Positions 26,480 through 35,604 of a stretch of DNA of 64,000 nucleotides are shown here, in pieces; within the stretch, counting starts at the first letter, position 1, and each line of letters begins with the position of its first letter. This DNA is from Mycobacteriales bacterium (GTDB taxonomy: Bacteria; Actinomycetota; Actinomycetes; JAFAQI01): the NCBI GenBank assembly GCA_035550055.1, contig DASZRO010000120.1:2890-66889 (forward strand), read 5' to 3'. The position numbers and the translations under genes were made by a program. Below the pieces are notes generated by a model that was given only the letters and a program-made list of their open reading frames with translations, made no database searches and had not been told where the DNA came from.

Positions 26480-27370
26480 GTGTCGCGGCTGCGGCAAGGT
26501 CAGCAGGTCCTCGTCGGGCCAGGCGACGACGCCGCCGTCGTCACCGCGCCGGACGGCCGCGTGGTGACCACGGTCGACGTTCTCGTCGAAGACCGCCACT
26601 TCCGGCGGGACTGGTCGAGCGGGTACGACGTGGGCTGCCGCGCGGCCGCGGCAAGCCTTGCTGACGTCGTCGCGATGGGAGCGCGCCCCACCGCACTGGT
26701 GGTCGCGCTCTGCGCGCCGCCCGACCTCGACGCCGCGTGGGCGGAGGCGCTCGCCGACGGGCTGCGCGACGAGGCAGACCGGGTCGGCGCGTCGGTCGTG
26801 GGCGGCGACGTCAGCTCGGCGGCCGCCGTGTCAGTCGCGGTGACCGCGCTCGGCGACCTCGAGGGCCGAGACCCGCTGACCCGCTCCGGCGCCGCGCCGG
26901 GCGAGCGAGTGGTGCTGTTCGGCCGGCTCGGTTGGGCGGCGGCCGGCCTCGCGCTGCTCGAGGCGGGCCGGCCGAGCCATCCGCTGGCCGACGCGCACCG
27001 GCGTCCCCGTCCCGCCTACGACGAGGCACTCGCCGCGGCACGCTCGGGGCTGCTCGCGTCGCTGATCGACGTCTCCGACGGACTGGTCGCCGACCTGGGC
27101 CATCTCGCGGCGGCGTCGCAGGCCCACATCGAGCTGGCGGCGGCATCGCTTCCGGTCGCCCCTGCGGTCGCCGCCGCCGCCGCCTCCCTCGGTGTGGACC
27201 CGCTCGACTGGGTCACCACCGGGGGTGACGACCACGCGTTCGTGGGGTCGGCGCGGGGGGCGGTGCCGGACGGGGCCGTCGAGATCGGCCGGGTCGTGGC
27301 GGGACCGCCAGGAGTGAGCTTCGTCGATCGAGCGACGCCGGTCCGCGGCGGACACGAGCACTTCTCCTAG
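26480..27370 (+). CDS. thiL: Thiamine-monophosphate kinase. The coordinates run from the first canonical start (GTG 26480). The conserved GEFALIARV N-terminus is encoded upstream (26453-26479) without a canonical start codon.
   Basis: It has the AIR-synthase-related fold ([12 protein letters not shown]...DVLVEDRHF...GGDVSS). See the finding on the start codon. Confidence 0.85.
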   Translation: MSRLRQGQQVLVGPGDDAAVVTAPDGRVVTTVDVLVEDRHFRRDWSSGYDVGCRAAAASLADVVAMGARPTALVVALCAPPDLDAAWAEALADGLRDEADRVGASVVGGDVSSAAAVSVAVTALGDLEGRDPLTRSGAAPGERVVLFGRLGWAAAGLALLEAGRPSHPLADAHRRPRPAYDEALAAARSGLLASLIDVSDGLVADLGHLAAASQAHIELAAASLPVAPAVAAAAASLGVDPLDWVTTGGDDHAFVGSARGAVPDGAVEIGRVVAGPPGVSFVDRATPVRGGHEHFS

Positions 27371-27379
27371 CCTCGGCGG

Positions 27380-28177
27380 GTGCCTACATCGCCACCGCCA
27401 CGGGTGCTCACCGTCGCCGGGTCCGACTCCGGGGGTGGGGCGGGGATCCAGGCCGACTTGAAGACGATGCTTGCGCTCGGCGTACACGGCATGTCGGTGG
27501 TGACCGCGGTGACCGCCCAGGACTCCACCGGCGTTCACGGCTACTGGGAGCTGCCCGTCGAGGCCGTTCGGGCGCAGCTGGACGCCGTGATCGACGACAT
27601 CGGCGTCGACGCGGTCAAGACCGGGATGCTCGCCTCTCCCGCCCTCGTCGAGGCGACGGCGCAGCGGCTGGCCGACGTCGCCGTTCCGATCGTGGTGGAT
27701 CCGGTCTGCGTCTCCAAGCACGGCGACCCGCTGCTCGTCGAGTCGGCGGTCTCGGCGATCGTCACCGAGCTGCTTCCGATCGCGACCGTCGTCACGCCGA
27801 ACCTGCCCGAGGTCGAGCGGTTGACCGGGCTTGCCGTCGACGACCGCGACGGGCAACGCAGGGCGGCGGAGGCGGTCCTGGCGTTGGGTGCGACGTGGGT
27901 GCTGGTCAAGGGCGGCCATCTCCCACACGGCGACGCGGTGGACCTGCTCACCGACGGGCAGACCACCCTCGAGCTGGCGGCGCAGCGCCTGGACACGGTC
28001 CACACCCACGGCACCGGCTGCACCCTCGCCTCGGCGATCGCGTCCCGGCTCGCCCTTGGCGACGACGTCCCCGCGGCAGTGACGGCCGCGAAGGACTACG
28101 TGACCGGGGCCATCGCCGCGGGGTTCCCCCTCGGTAGCGGGATCGGCCCCGTCGACCACGGCTGGCGGCATCGATGA
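27380..28177 (+). CDS. thiD: Hydroxymethylpyrimidine/phosphomethylpyrimidine kinase
   Basis: [21 protein letters not shown] and the ribokinase-like fold. Confidence 0.9.
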   Translation: MPTSPPPRVLTVAGSDSGGGAGIQADLKTMLALGVHGMSVVTAVTAQDSTGVHGYWELPVEAVRAQLDAVIDDIGVDAVKTGMLASPALVEATAQRLADVAVPIVVDPVCVSKHGDPLLVESAVSAIVTELLPIATVVTPNLPEVERLTGLAVDDRDGQRRAAEAVLALGATWVLVKGGHLPHGDAVDLLTDGQTTLELAAQRLDTVHTHGTGCTLASAIASRLALGDDVPAAVTAAKDYVTGAIAAGFPLGSGIGPVDHGWRHR

Positions 28178-28632
28178 GCGAGCTCGAGCTGCGTGAGGTC
28201 GCCTACGACTCGGCGGTCGCGGCGCAGCTCGTCGCTGCCGTGCAGGCCGAGTACGTCGCGCGCTACGGCGGCCCGGACGAGACGCCGGTCGAACCGGGGG
28301 AGTTCGCCGCTCCGCAGGGGCTGTTCCTCGTCGGCTACCTCGACGGCGTACCCGTGGCGACCGGCGGTTTCCGCCGGCACGCGCCGACGGCGGTCGAGCT
28401 CAAGCGGATGTACGTCGTGCCCGAGGCTCGCGGCAAGGGGCTGTCGCGGGTGATGCTGGCCGCCCTCGAGGACCGGGCGCGACTGGCCGGCGCACGTCGA
28501 ATCGTGCTCGAGACCGGCGATCGGCAGCCGGAGGCAGTCAGCCTGTACGAGTCGTCGGGGTACGAGCGGATCCCCGGTTTCGGGCACTACGCATGCGCGC
28601 CCGAGTCGTACAGCTTCGCCAAGGACCTCTAG
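28174..28632 (+). CDS. GNAT family N-acetyltransferase
   Basis: 152 aa with the acetyl-CoA motif [17 protein letters not shown]. Confidence 0.85.
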   Translation: MSELELREVAYDSAVAAQLVAAVQAEYVARYGGPDETPVEPGEFAAPQGLFLVGYLDGVPVATGGFRRHAPTAVELKRMYVVPEARGKGLSRVMLAALEDRARLAGARRIVLETGDRQPEAVSLYESSGYERIPGFGHYACAPESYSFAKDL

Positions 28633-28814
28633 CGCGCGACCTTGCCGGCCTTGAGGCAGCTGGTGCACACGTTCATGCGCTTGCGCGAGCCGGAGACCAT
28701 GGCGCGCACCGACTGGATGTTGGGGTTGAAACGACGACGGGTACGCCGGTGCGAGTGCGACACGTTCATGCCGAACCCGGGACCCTTGCCGCACACATCA
28801 CAGACGGAAGCCAC
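28629..28814 (-). CDS. rpmB: 50S ribosomal protein L28
   Basis: 61 aa, [31 protein letters not shown]. Confidence 0.9.
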   Translation of the reverse strand: MASVCDVCGKGPGFGMNVSHSHRRTRRRFNPNIQSVRAMVSGSRKRMNVCTSCLKAGKVAR

Positions 28815-28880
28815 GCGAACAGGTTAGCCCGACTCGACAGCCTGACTCAATGCGTCGCATCGGGCGCTTAACCTCGCTAC

Positions 28881-31019
28881 GTGATCGGCGAGTCGTCGCA
28901 CGTCCGCGATGTCGTCACCAGCGAGAAGATCGCGGCACTGCTGGAGAAGGCGTTCGAGATCCGCACCGTCGGCGACCTGCTCCGTCACTACCCTCGCCGC
29001 TACTTCGAGCAGGGTGAGCTGACCGACCTCTCGCAGCTGCGTCCAGGCGAGCAGGCGACGCTGAAGGTTCGCGTGGTGAAGGTCGACGGCCGCCAGATCC
29101 GGCCCAAGCTGCACAAGACCGACATCACGGTCACCGACGGCACCGGGCGGCTGGTCGTGACGTTCTTCAACCGCGCGTACCTGAAGAAAACGCTGACCGA
29201 AGGCGACGAGATCGTCGTCGCCGGCGAGATCGAGACCTTCCACGGCAAGCTCCAGCTCAAGCAGCCCGACATGAACCCGGACGCGGAAGGCATGGTCGAG
29301 GCGGCCGGCAAGCTGCTGCCGATCTACCCGGCGACCAAGGCCCTGCCGACCTGGTTCCTGCGCCGCGCGATCCGCAACGCCCTCGACATGATCGAGATCC
29401 CCGAGACCCTGCCTGACGAGCTACGCGCGCAGCGCCGGCTCATGGGACGCGCCGAGGCGGTGCGAGCGATCCACTCGCCGGCCGACTTCGCCGAGCTCGC
29501 GAAGGCGAAGGACCGGCTGCGCTACGACGAGGCGTTCGTCATGCAGGTCGTGCTCGCGCAGCGACGGGTGCTGGCCGCCCTCGAGCCCGCGAAGCCCCGA
29601 ACCCCACGGCCGGGCGGCCTGTTGGAGGCCTTCGACGCGTCGCTGCCGTTCACGCTGACCGCCGGGCAACGCGACGTGGGGGAGCAGCTGCTCGCCGACT
29701 TGTCCAGCGAAGTGCCGATGCATCGCCTGCTGCAAGGTGAGGTCGGCTCCGGCAAGACCGTGGTCGCCTTGCGCGCGATGCTTGCCGTGGTCGACTCGGG
29801 CGGGCAGGCCGCGCTGCTCGCGCCGACCGAGGTTCTCGCCCAGCAGCACGCCCGTTCGATCGACGCTCTGCTCGGACCTCTGGGCCGCGGCGGTCAGCTC
29901 GACGCCGCCGACGGCGCGACGAAGGTGGCGCTGGTCACCGGGTCGATGAGTGCGGCCGCGCGACGCAGCACGCTGCTCGACATCGGCGTCGGCGACGCCG
30001 GGATCGTCATCGGCACCCACGCGCTGCTCGAGAACACGGTGCAGTTCTTCGATCTCGGCCTGGTCGTCGTCGACGAGCAGCATCGATTCGGTGTCGAGCA
30101 GCGCGACGCGCTGCGCAGCAAGGCGGACACCCCTCCGCACGTGCTCGTGATGACGGCGACGCCGATCCCGCGGACGGTCGCGATGACGGTGTACGGCGAT
30201 CTGGCGACCTCGACCCTCACCGAGCTGCCCGCGGGTCGCCAGCCGATCTCGACCACCGTGGTGCCGACCGCGGACAAGCCGGGCTGGATCGAACGCGTGT
30301 GGCAGCGGGCGCGTGAGGAGATCGACGCCGGCCGGCAGGTCTACGTCGTGTGTCCGCGCATCGACGCCGACGACGAGGCGGTCGCCGACACCGATGAGGG
30401 CTGGGGGGCCACGGCGACCGTCGTGGAGGTGGCGGCGAGCCTGGCTGCCGGACCACTCGCGGGAGTCGGCATCGACATCCTGCACGGGCGGATGCCGGCG
30501 GAGGCCAAAGACGACGTCATGCGCCGGTTCGCCGCCGGCCGGGTCGACGTACTGGTCGCGACCACGGTCATCGAGGTCGGTGTCGACGTCCCCAACGCGA
30601 CCCTGATGGTCGTCCTCGACGCCGACCGGTTCGGGATCTCCCAGCTCCACCAGCTCCGCGGCCGGATCGGCCGCGGCGGTCACGCCGGAGTGTGCCTGCT
30701 CGTGACAGCAGCGCCGGCCGATGCGCCGTCGCGTGAGCGTCTGGATGGCGTCGCGGCGACCGTCGACGGCTTCGAGCTGGCCCGACTCGACCTCGAGCAA
30801 CGGCGGGAGGGTGACGTGCTCGGGCAGTCGCAGTCGGGCCGCCGCTCGAAGCTCAAGCTGCTGCGGTTGTTGCGCGACGAGGGCGTGATCGACACCGCCC
30901 GGGTCGACGCCGGCGGGGTGGTGGCTCACGATCCGGCCCTCGAGCGCCACCCGGCACTGCGCGCCGAGGTCGAGGCGCTCGCCGCCGACGAGCGTGCCGA
31001 CTACCTGGGCAAGACGTGA
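28881..31019 (+). CDS. recG: ATP-dependent DNA helicase RecG
   Basis: 712 aa with a wedge domain and SF2 helicase motifs (GEVGSGKT, DEQHRFG). Confidence 0.94.
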   Translation: MIGESSHVRDVVTSEKIAALLEKAFEIRTVGDLLRHYPRRYFEQGELTDLSQLRPGEQATLKVRVVKVDGRQIRPKLHKTDITVTDGTGRLVVTFFNRAYLKKTLTEGDEIVVAGEIETFHGKLQLKQPDMNPDAEGMVEAAGKLLPIYPATKALPTWFLRRAIRNALDMIEIPETLPDELRAQRRLMGRAEAVRAIHSPADFAELAKAKDRLRYDEAFVMQVVLAQRRVLAALEPAKPRTPRPGGLLEAFDASLPFTLTAGQRDVGEQLLADLSSEVPMHRLLQGEVGSGKTVVALRAMLAVVDSGGQAALLAPTEVLAQQHARSIDALLGPLGRGGQLDAADGATKVALVTGSMSAAARRSTLLDIGVGDAGIVIGTHALLENTVQFFDLGLVVVDEQHRFGVEQRDALRSKADTPPHVLVMTATPIPRTVAMTVYGDLATSTLTELPAGRQPISTTVVPTADKPGWIERVWQRAREEIDAGRQVYVVCPRIDADDEAVADTDEGWGATATVVEVAASLAAGPLAGVGIDILHGRMPAEAKDDVMRRFAAGRVDVLVATTVIEVGVDVPNATLMVVLDADRFGISQLHQLRGRIGRGGHAGVCLLVTAAPADAPSRERLDGVAATVDGFELARLDLEQRREGDVLGQSQSGRRSKLKLLRLLRDEGVIDTARVDAGGVVAHDPALERHPALRAEVEALAADERADYLGKT

Positions 31020-31564
31020 CGCGGCTGATCGCCGGCGCCGCCGGGGGACGGCGGCTGGCCACCCCCACGGGCCGCGGCACCCGGCCGACGTCGGATCGAG
31101 TGCGGGAGGGCCTGTTCTCCGCCCTCGAAGCGCTGCGTGGCGGCCTGGCGGGCGCGGCGTTCCTCGACCTGTACGCCGGCTCCGGGGCGGTCGGCCTGGA
31201 GGCCGCGAGCCGCGGCGCGACGCGGGTGGTCATGGTCGAACGTGACCCGTCCGCGCTGAAGGTCATCCGGTCCAACGCCGAGGGACTACAGGTGAGCGGC
31301 GTGACGGTCGTCGGGGCGGCGGTGACCAAGTTCCTGGCCGGGCCGCCGAGCCCGTACGACATCGTCTTCCTGGATCCGCCGTACGCCGACCCGGTCGACG
31401 CGACGCTGGCCGCATTGGCCGGTGGCGGGTGGCTGTCCGAAGGCGCCCTGGTCTGCGTCGAACGGGCCACGCGCGAGGCGGGCGTGACCTGGCCCGACGG
31501 CCTGGACGCGCTCCGGTCGCGCAGGTACGGCGACACGACCCTCTGCTACGGTCGCGCCTCATGA
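31016..31564 (+). CDS. rsmD: 16S rRNA (guanine966-N2)-methyltransferase RsmD
   Basis: FLDLYAGSGAVGLEAASRGA...VFLDPPY. Confidence 0.88.
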   Translation: MTRLIAGAAGGRRLATPTGRGTRPTSDRVREGLFSALEALRGGLAGAAFLDLYAGSGAVGLEAASRGATRVVMVERDPSALKVIRSNAEGLQVSGVTVVGAAVTKFLAGPPSPYDIVFLDPPYADPVDATLAALAGGGWLSEGALVCVERATREAGVTWPDGLDALRSRRYGDTTLCYGRAS

Positions 31565-32055
31565 GACGGGCGGTATGTCCGGGCTCCTTCGATCCCATCA
31601 CCAACGGCCACCTCGATGTGATCGCCCGGGCGAGTGCGCTGTTCGACGAGATCATCGTCGTGGTCGGCGTCAACGTGTCGAAGAACCGGCTGTTCGAGCC
31701 CGACGAGCGACTCGAGCTGATCCGGGCCGCGACCGCGCACCTGCCCAACGTCACGGTCGACACCTTCCGGGGCCTGCTCGTCGACTTCTGCGTCGCGCAC
31801 GACGTCAAGGTGATCGTCAAAGGCCTGCGTGCGGTCAGCGACTTCGACTACGAGCTCCAGATGGGCCAGATGAACCATTCGCTGGCCAAGGTCGACACGT
31901 TGTTCATGCCTGCCGACCCGCATTACAGTTTTCTTTCGTCGAGCCTCGTGAAAGAGGTTGCGACATATGGCGGGGACGTATCGAAGCTGGTGCCGGAACC
32001 CGTCCTGCGCCGGCTCGAGCAGCGGCTCGCCGTACGGCCAGAGAGCGAGGCATAA
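31561..32055 (+). CDS. coaD: Phosphopantetheine adenylyltransferase
   Basis: AVCPGSFDPITNGHLD... The ATG overlaps the rsmD stop. Confidence 0.94.
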   Translation: MRRAVCPGSFDPITNGHLDVIARASALFDEIIVVVGVNVSKNRLFEPDERLELIRAATAHLPNVTVDTFRGLLVDFCVAHDVKVIVKGLRAVSDFDYELQMGQMNHSLAKVDTLFMPADPHYSFLSSSLVKEVATYGGDVSKLVPEPVLRRLEQRLAVRPESEA

Positions 32056-32061
32056 CTCAGC

Positions 32062-32568
32062 GTGGGCATCTCCGAGAAGCTCGACGAGTTCGTGGCGATG
32101 GTCGAGAACGCTCGTGCCATGCCGATGTCCGCGTCGTGCATCGTCAACCGCAACGAGATGCTCGAAGCGGTCGAGGAGCTCCGCAAGGCGCTGCCCGAGG
32201 AGCTGCGCAAGGCCCGCAGCCTGCTGCGCGACCGCGCCGCGGTGATCGAGGAGGGTCGCGCCGAGGCGAGCGTGATCCTCGCGGAGGCCGAGTCGGAGCG
32301 GGCACGGCTGGTGTCGCGCACCGAGGTCGTCAAGGAGGCGACGCGCGAGGCGGAGCGGCTCGTGGCCGCCGCCAACGCCGAGTCCGACCGCATGCGGCGC
32401 GAGGTCGACGACTACGTCGACGGCAAGCTGGCGAACTTCGAAATCGTGCTCAACCGCACGCTGCACGCCGTCGAGCACGGTCGCAACAAGATCAACGGGC
32501 GTCACGAGCTCGAAGCGCTCGCGGACACCGACGACGACGAGGACCTGGAGCCGCTCCCGGGCGCCTGA
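32062..32568 (+). CDS. Hypothetical coiled-coil protein with an acidic C-terminus, conserved between coaD and yceD (possibly cell-division related)
   Basis: 168 aa, Glu/Arg/Ala-rich helical. GTG at 32062. Confidence 0.55.
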   Translation: MGISEKLDEFVAMVENARAMPMSASCIVNRNEMLEAVEELRKALPEELRKARSLLRDRAAVIEEGRAEASVILAEAESERARLVSRTEVVKEATREAERLVAAANAESDRMRREVDDYVDGKLANFEIVLNRTLHAVEHGRNKINGRHELEALADTDDDEDLEPLPGA

Positions 32569-32590
32569 GCGCTGGGTAGCCTTTTCAGGC

Positions 32591-33142
32591 GTGAAGAGTG
32601 CGTTCCGCTACGACACTCGCCAGCTCGGCCGCCGGGCCGGCTCGATGCGGGAGGAGCGGATCGAGGCGCTCGCGCCGGCCGGGTGGGGGCTCGACCTGGT
32701 CAGTGTGGCCGCCGGTACGCCGATCGTCATCGACGCCAGGTTCGAAGCCGTCATGGACGGGGTTCTCGTCACGGCGACCGTGGAGCTGCCGGTCGCCGCT
32801 GAGTGCGGACGCTGCCTCGACCCGGTCGAGCTGCGGCTGGCCGTCCCCGTCCAGGAGCTGTACGCCTACCAGCCGGATCCCGACGACGACGAGGCCCTCA
32901 CGCTCGACGGAGACATCCTTGACCTGGAGCCGGTCGTGCGCGATGCCGTCGTCCTCGAGCTGCCGATGAACCCGCTCTGCGATCCGGACTGTGAAGGGCT
33001 GTGCCCGACCTGTGGGGCGCGGATGGCCGAGGTGGCGCCGGGGCACTCGCACGACGAAGTTGACCCGAGATGGGCAGCCCTTGCACTCTTGAAGGAGCCG
33101 GACGACGAGGCCGGCACGAGAAGAATCAACGAGGAGACCTGA
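32591..33142 (+). CDS. YceD/DUF177 family protein (upstream partner of rpmF)
   Basis: The C-terminal CxxC...CxxC ([13 protein letters not shown]) is typical of DUF177. Confidence 0.85.
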   Translation: MKSAFRYDTRQLGRRAGSMREERIEALAPAGWGLDLVSVAAGTPIVIDARFEAVMDGVLVTATVELPVAAECGRCLDPVELRLAVPVQELYAYQPDPDDDEALTLDGDILDLEPVVRDAVVLELPMNPLCDPDCEGLCPTCGARMAEVAPGHSHDEVDPRWAALALLKEPDDEAGTRRINEET

Positions 33143-33144
33143 TC

Positions 33145-33318
33145 GTGGCCGTTCCCAAGCGCCGTATGTCGCGCAGCAACACGCGCTCGCGTCGCTCGCA
33201 GTGGAAGGCCAGCGCGCCGTCCCTCGTGAGCTGCTCGCGCTGCCGTCAGCCGAAGCTGCCGCACACCGCCTGCTCGGTGTGCGGCACCTACAACGACCGT
33301 CAGGTCGTCGCCGTCTGA
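33145..33318 (+). CDS. rpmF: 50S ribosomal protein L32
   Basis: [21 protein letters not shown]...CSRC..C. GGAG lies 8 nt before the GTG. Confidence 0.9.
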   Translation: MAVPKRRMSRSNTRSRRSQWKASAPSLVSCSRCRQPKLPHTACSVCGTYNDRQVVAV

Positions 33319-33323
33319 CCGAG

Positions 33324-33581
33324 GTGACCTCGCCTCGGTTGTCCGCCACGGTGCGCTCGGCCGTCGCGCTGGTCTGCAGCGTGGACCCGGCGTCCTTGGA
33401 CGCCCAGACCACGCTGGCGCAGCTCGACGCCGACTCCCTCGTGCGCGTGGGCATCGCCGACGTCGTCGAGGCCGAGCTGGCCCGTGACGGGATCGTCGTC
33501 CACATCGACGACGCGACGCTCGGCCGGGTGATGACCCTCGGCGAGCTCGACGCCTATCTCGCCGACCATCGCAGTGCCTGA
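33324..33581 (+). CDS. Acyl-carrier-protein-like small protein (85 aa) with the DSL phosphopantetheine-attachment motif
   Basis: ...[20 protein letters not shown]...[10 protein letters not shown] resembles ACP helix II/IV. It lies directly after rpmF, where plsX-fab-acpP sits in many bacteria. Confidence 0.5.
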   Translation: MTSPRLSATVRSAVALVCSVDPASLDAQTTLAQLDADSLVRVGIADVVEAELARDGIVVHIDDATLGRVMTLGELDAYLADHRSA

Positions 33582-33595
33582 AGGTCACCGCGGCG

Positions 33596-34309
33596 ATGCC
33601 TGAGGGCGACAGCGTCGACGGCCTGATCGAGGCGCTCGGCGGCGACGTGGACGCCGACCTGGTCGAGCTGTCGGTGACCCACCGCTCCTACGCCTACGAG
33701 AACGGCGGCCTCCCGACCAACGAGCGACTCGAGTTCCTCGGGGACTCGGTGCTCGGCATCGTCGTGACCGAGGAGCTCTACCGCCGGTTTCCCGATCTGC
33801 CCGAAGGCCAGCTGGCCAAGCTGCGCGCCGCGGTCGTCAACGCCCGCGCGCTGGCCGGGGTCGGCCGGGCGATCGGCCTCGGCGCCTACCTCAAGCTCGG
33901 CCGCGGTGAGGAGACGACCGGCGGCCGGGACAAGTCCTCGATCCTCGCCGACGCCCTCGAAGCGGTGATAGGTGCCTATTACCTCGACCGGGGCCTCGAG
34001 GCCTCGCGTGCGCTCGTGCTGGGGTTGTTCGCCTCGGCGCTCGAGGACGCCGCGGGGCTCGGCGCGGGACTGGACTGGAAGACCTCGCTGCAGGAGCTCG
34101 GCGCCGAGCGCGGCATCGGGGCGCCGGAGTACGCCGTCGAGGAGAGCGGCCCGGACCACGCGAAGTCCTTCCGGGCAACGGTGCTGCTCGCCGGCGAGCC
34201 GGCCGGCGAGGGCGTCGGCAACAGCAAGAAGGAAGCCGAGCAGCGCGCCGCCGAGCAGGCCTGGACCGCGCTCAGCGCCGCCGACTCCGGCTCCGACACC
34301 AGTGCCTGA
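33596..34309 (+). CDS. rnc: Ribonuclease III
   Basis: It has [12 protein letters not shown] and a dsRBD. Confidence 0.94.
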   Translation: MPEGDSVDGLIEALGGDVDADLVELSVTHRSYAYENGGLPTNERLEFLGDSVLGIVVTEELYRRFPDLPEGQLAKLRAAVVNARALAGVGRAIGLGAYLKLGRGEETTGGRDKSSILADALEAVIGAYYLDRGLEASRALVLGLFASALEDAAGLGAGLDWKTSLQELGAERGIGAPEYAVEESGPDHAKSFRATVLLAGEPAGEGVGNSKKEAEQRAAEQAWTALSAADSGSDTSA

Positions 34310-35180
34310 GCTGCCCGAGGTCGAAACCGTTCGACGTGGTCTGGAGAAATGGGTCGTCGGGCGACGGATTGCCGAGGTCGAGGTCTTCGGCGAGCGCACC
34401 CTGCGCCGCCACGTTGCCGGCGAGCACGACTTCGTCGCCCGGCTGACCGGACGCCGGGTGATCGCCGCACGTCGCCGCGGGAAGTACCTGTGGTTGCCGT
34501 TGGACGACGCCACCAACCTGCTCGCCCACCTCGGGATGTCCGGTCAGTTCCTCTCGGTGGCGCCGCAGGAACCGCCCAACCGCCACCTGCGTGCCCGGTG
34601 GCGGTTCGACGACGGCGGCGCCGAGCTGCGGTTCTGCGACCAGCGCACGTTCGGGGGCCTCGCGCTGGCCGACGAACGCCTCACGCCTGACGGCGTCCCG
34701 GCCGTGCTCGCGCACGTCGCGCCCGACCCGCTCGAGCCGGCCTTCGACGCGGCCCGGTTCAGTGCCAGGCTGCGCCGCCGCCACACCGGGATCAAGCGGG
34801 CCCTGCTCGACCAGACGCTGATCTCGGGCATCGGCAACATCTACGCCGACGAAGCCCTGTGGCGGGCCCGGCTGCACTTCGAACGGCCGACGAACCGGCT
34901 GCGGCCGGCCGACGTCGGCCGGTTGCTCGACGCGGTCGAGGAGGTGCTGCGGGCGGCGATCGCCGCGGGTGGCACCTCCTTCGACGCGCTCTACGTGGCG
35001 GTCAACGGGGAAAGTGGCTGGTTCGACCGCTCGCTGGAGGCCTACGGCCGGGACGGCCGGCCCTGCTCGCGCTGCGGCACGCCGATCGTGCGGGTGAGCT
35101 TCACCAACCGTTCGTCGTACTTCTGCCCGCGATGCCAGCGGCCGCCGCTTGACCGGCGCAGCGGGGAGCGTCACACTTGA
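34302..35180 (+). CDS. fpg: Formamidopyrimidine-DNA glycosylase
   Basis: The N-terminus is (M)PELPEVE and the C-terminal zinc finger is CxRCG...CPRCQ. GTG at 34302 overlaps the rnc stop. Confidence 0.9.
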   Translation: MPELPEVETVRRGLEKWVVGRRIAEVEVFGERTLRRHVAGEHDFVARLTGRRVIAARRRGKYLWLPLDDATNLLAHLGMSGQFLSVAPQEPPNRHLRARWRFDDGGAELRFCDQRTFGGLALADERLTPDGVPAVLAHVAPDPLEPAFDAARFSARLRRRHTGIKRALLDQTLISGIGNIYADEALWRARLHFERPTNRLRPADVGRLLDAVEEVLRAAIAAGGTSFDALYVAVNGESGWFDRSLEAYGRDGRPCSRCGTPIVRVSFTNRSSYFCPRCQRPPLDRRSGERHT

Positions 35181-35298
35181 TATGTCGCGCCGAGATATGG
35201 ACGCGGCCTACTCAGCAACGTTGTCGGGGATCCGGCGCGGGTTCGGTCCTGCCCGGCTGGCGAGTCCGACATGTCCTCACCGTGGAGGATCGGCAAGG

Positions 35299-35517
35299 AT
35301 GGCAAAAGCCCTCATGGGTCACGTCGGGACGGGTCTCGACGTCCGTATGGCTTCTGAGCTGAAGCGACTTCGGGACCGGGTTCGCGACCTCGAGCACGAG
35401 GTGATTCGGCTGCGTGCCGAGAACGCCGAGCTGTCCACGATCGCTCGGGTCGACGAGGAGATCATGCGGCTCACCGTGGGCGAGCAGGCCCGCGACCACG
35501 AGCCCGCGCTCACCTAG
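35299..35517 (+). CDS. Small (72 aa) coiled-coil protein upstream of smc
   Basis: GGAGGA lies 9 nt before the ATG at 35299. Sequence: MAKALMGHVGTGLDVRMASELKRLRDRVRDLEHEVIRLRAENAELS.... Confidence 0.45.
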   Translation: MAKALMGHVGTGLDVRMASELKRLRDRVRDLEHEVIRLRAENAELSTIARVDEEIMRLTVGEQARDHEPALT

Positions 35518-35604
35518 TTCAGCTTGCGGTTGTTTGCCCTCGACTTGGGCTAGCGTTGCCAGCGGTCTTCCCCGACTGACCGCCTCGACCCGGGAGTCTC
35601 ACGG

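Noticed and set aside
35149-35298. Longer version (from ATG 35149) of the small coiled-coil ORF overlapping the fpg 3' end
   Set aside because: The upstream part overlaps fpg and lacks a ribosome-binding site. ATG 35299 is preceded by GGAGGA at ideal spacing.
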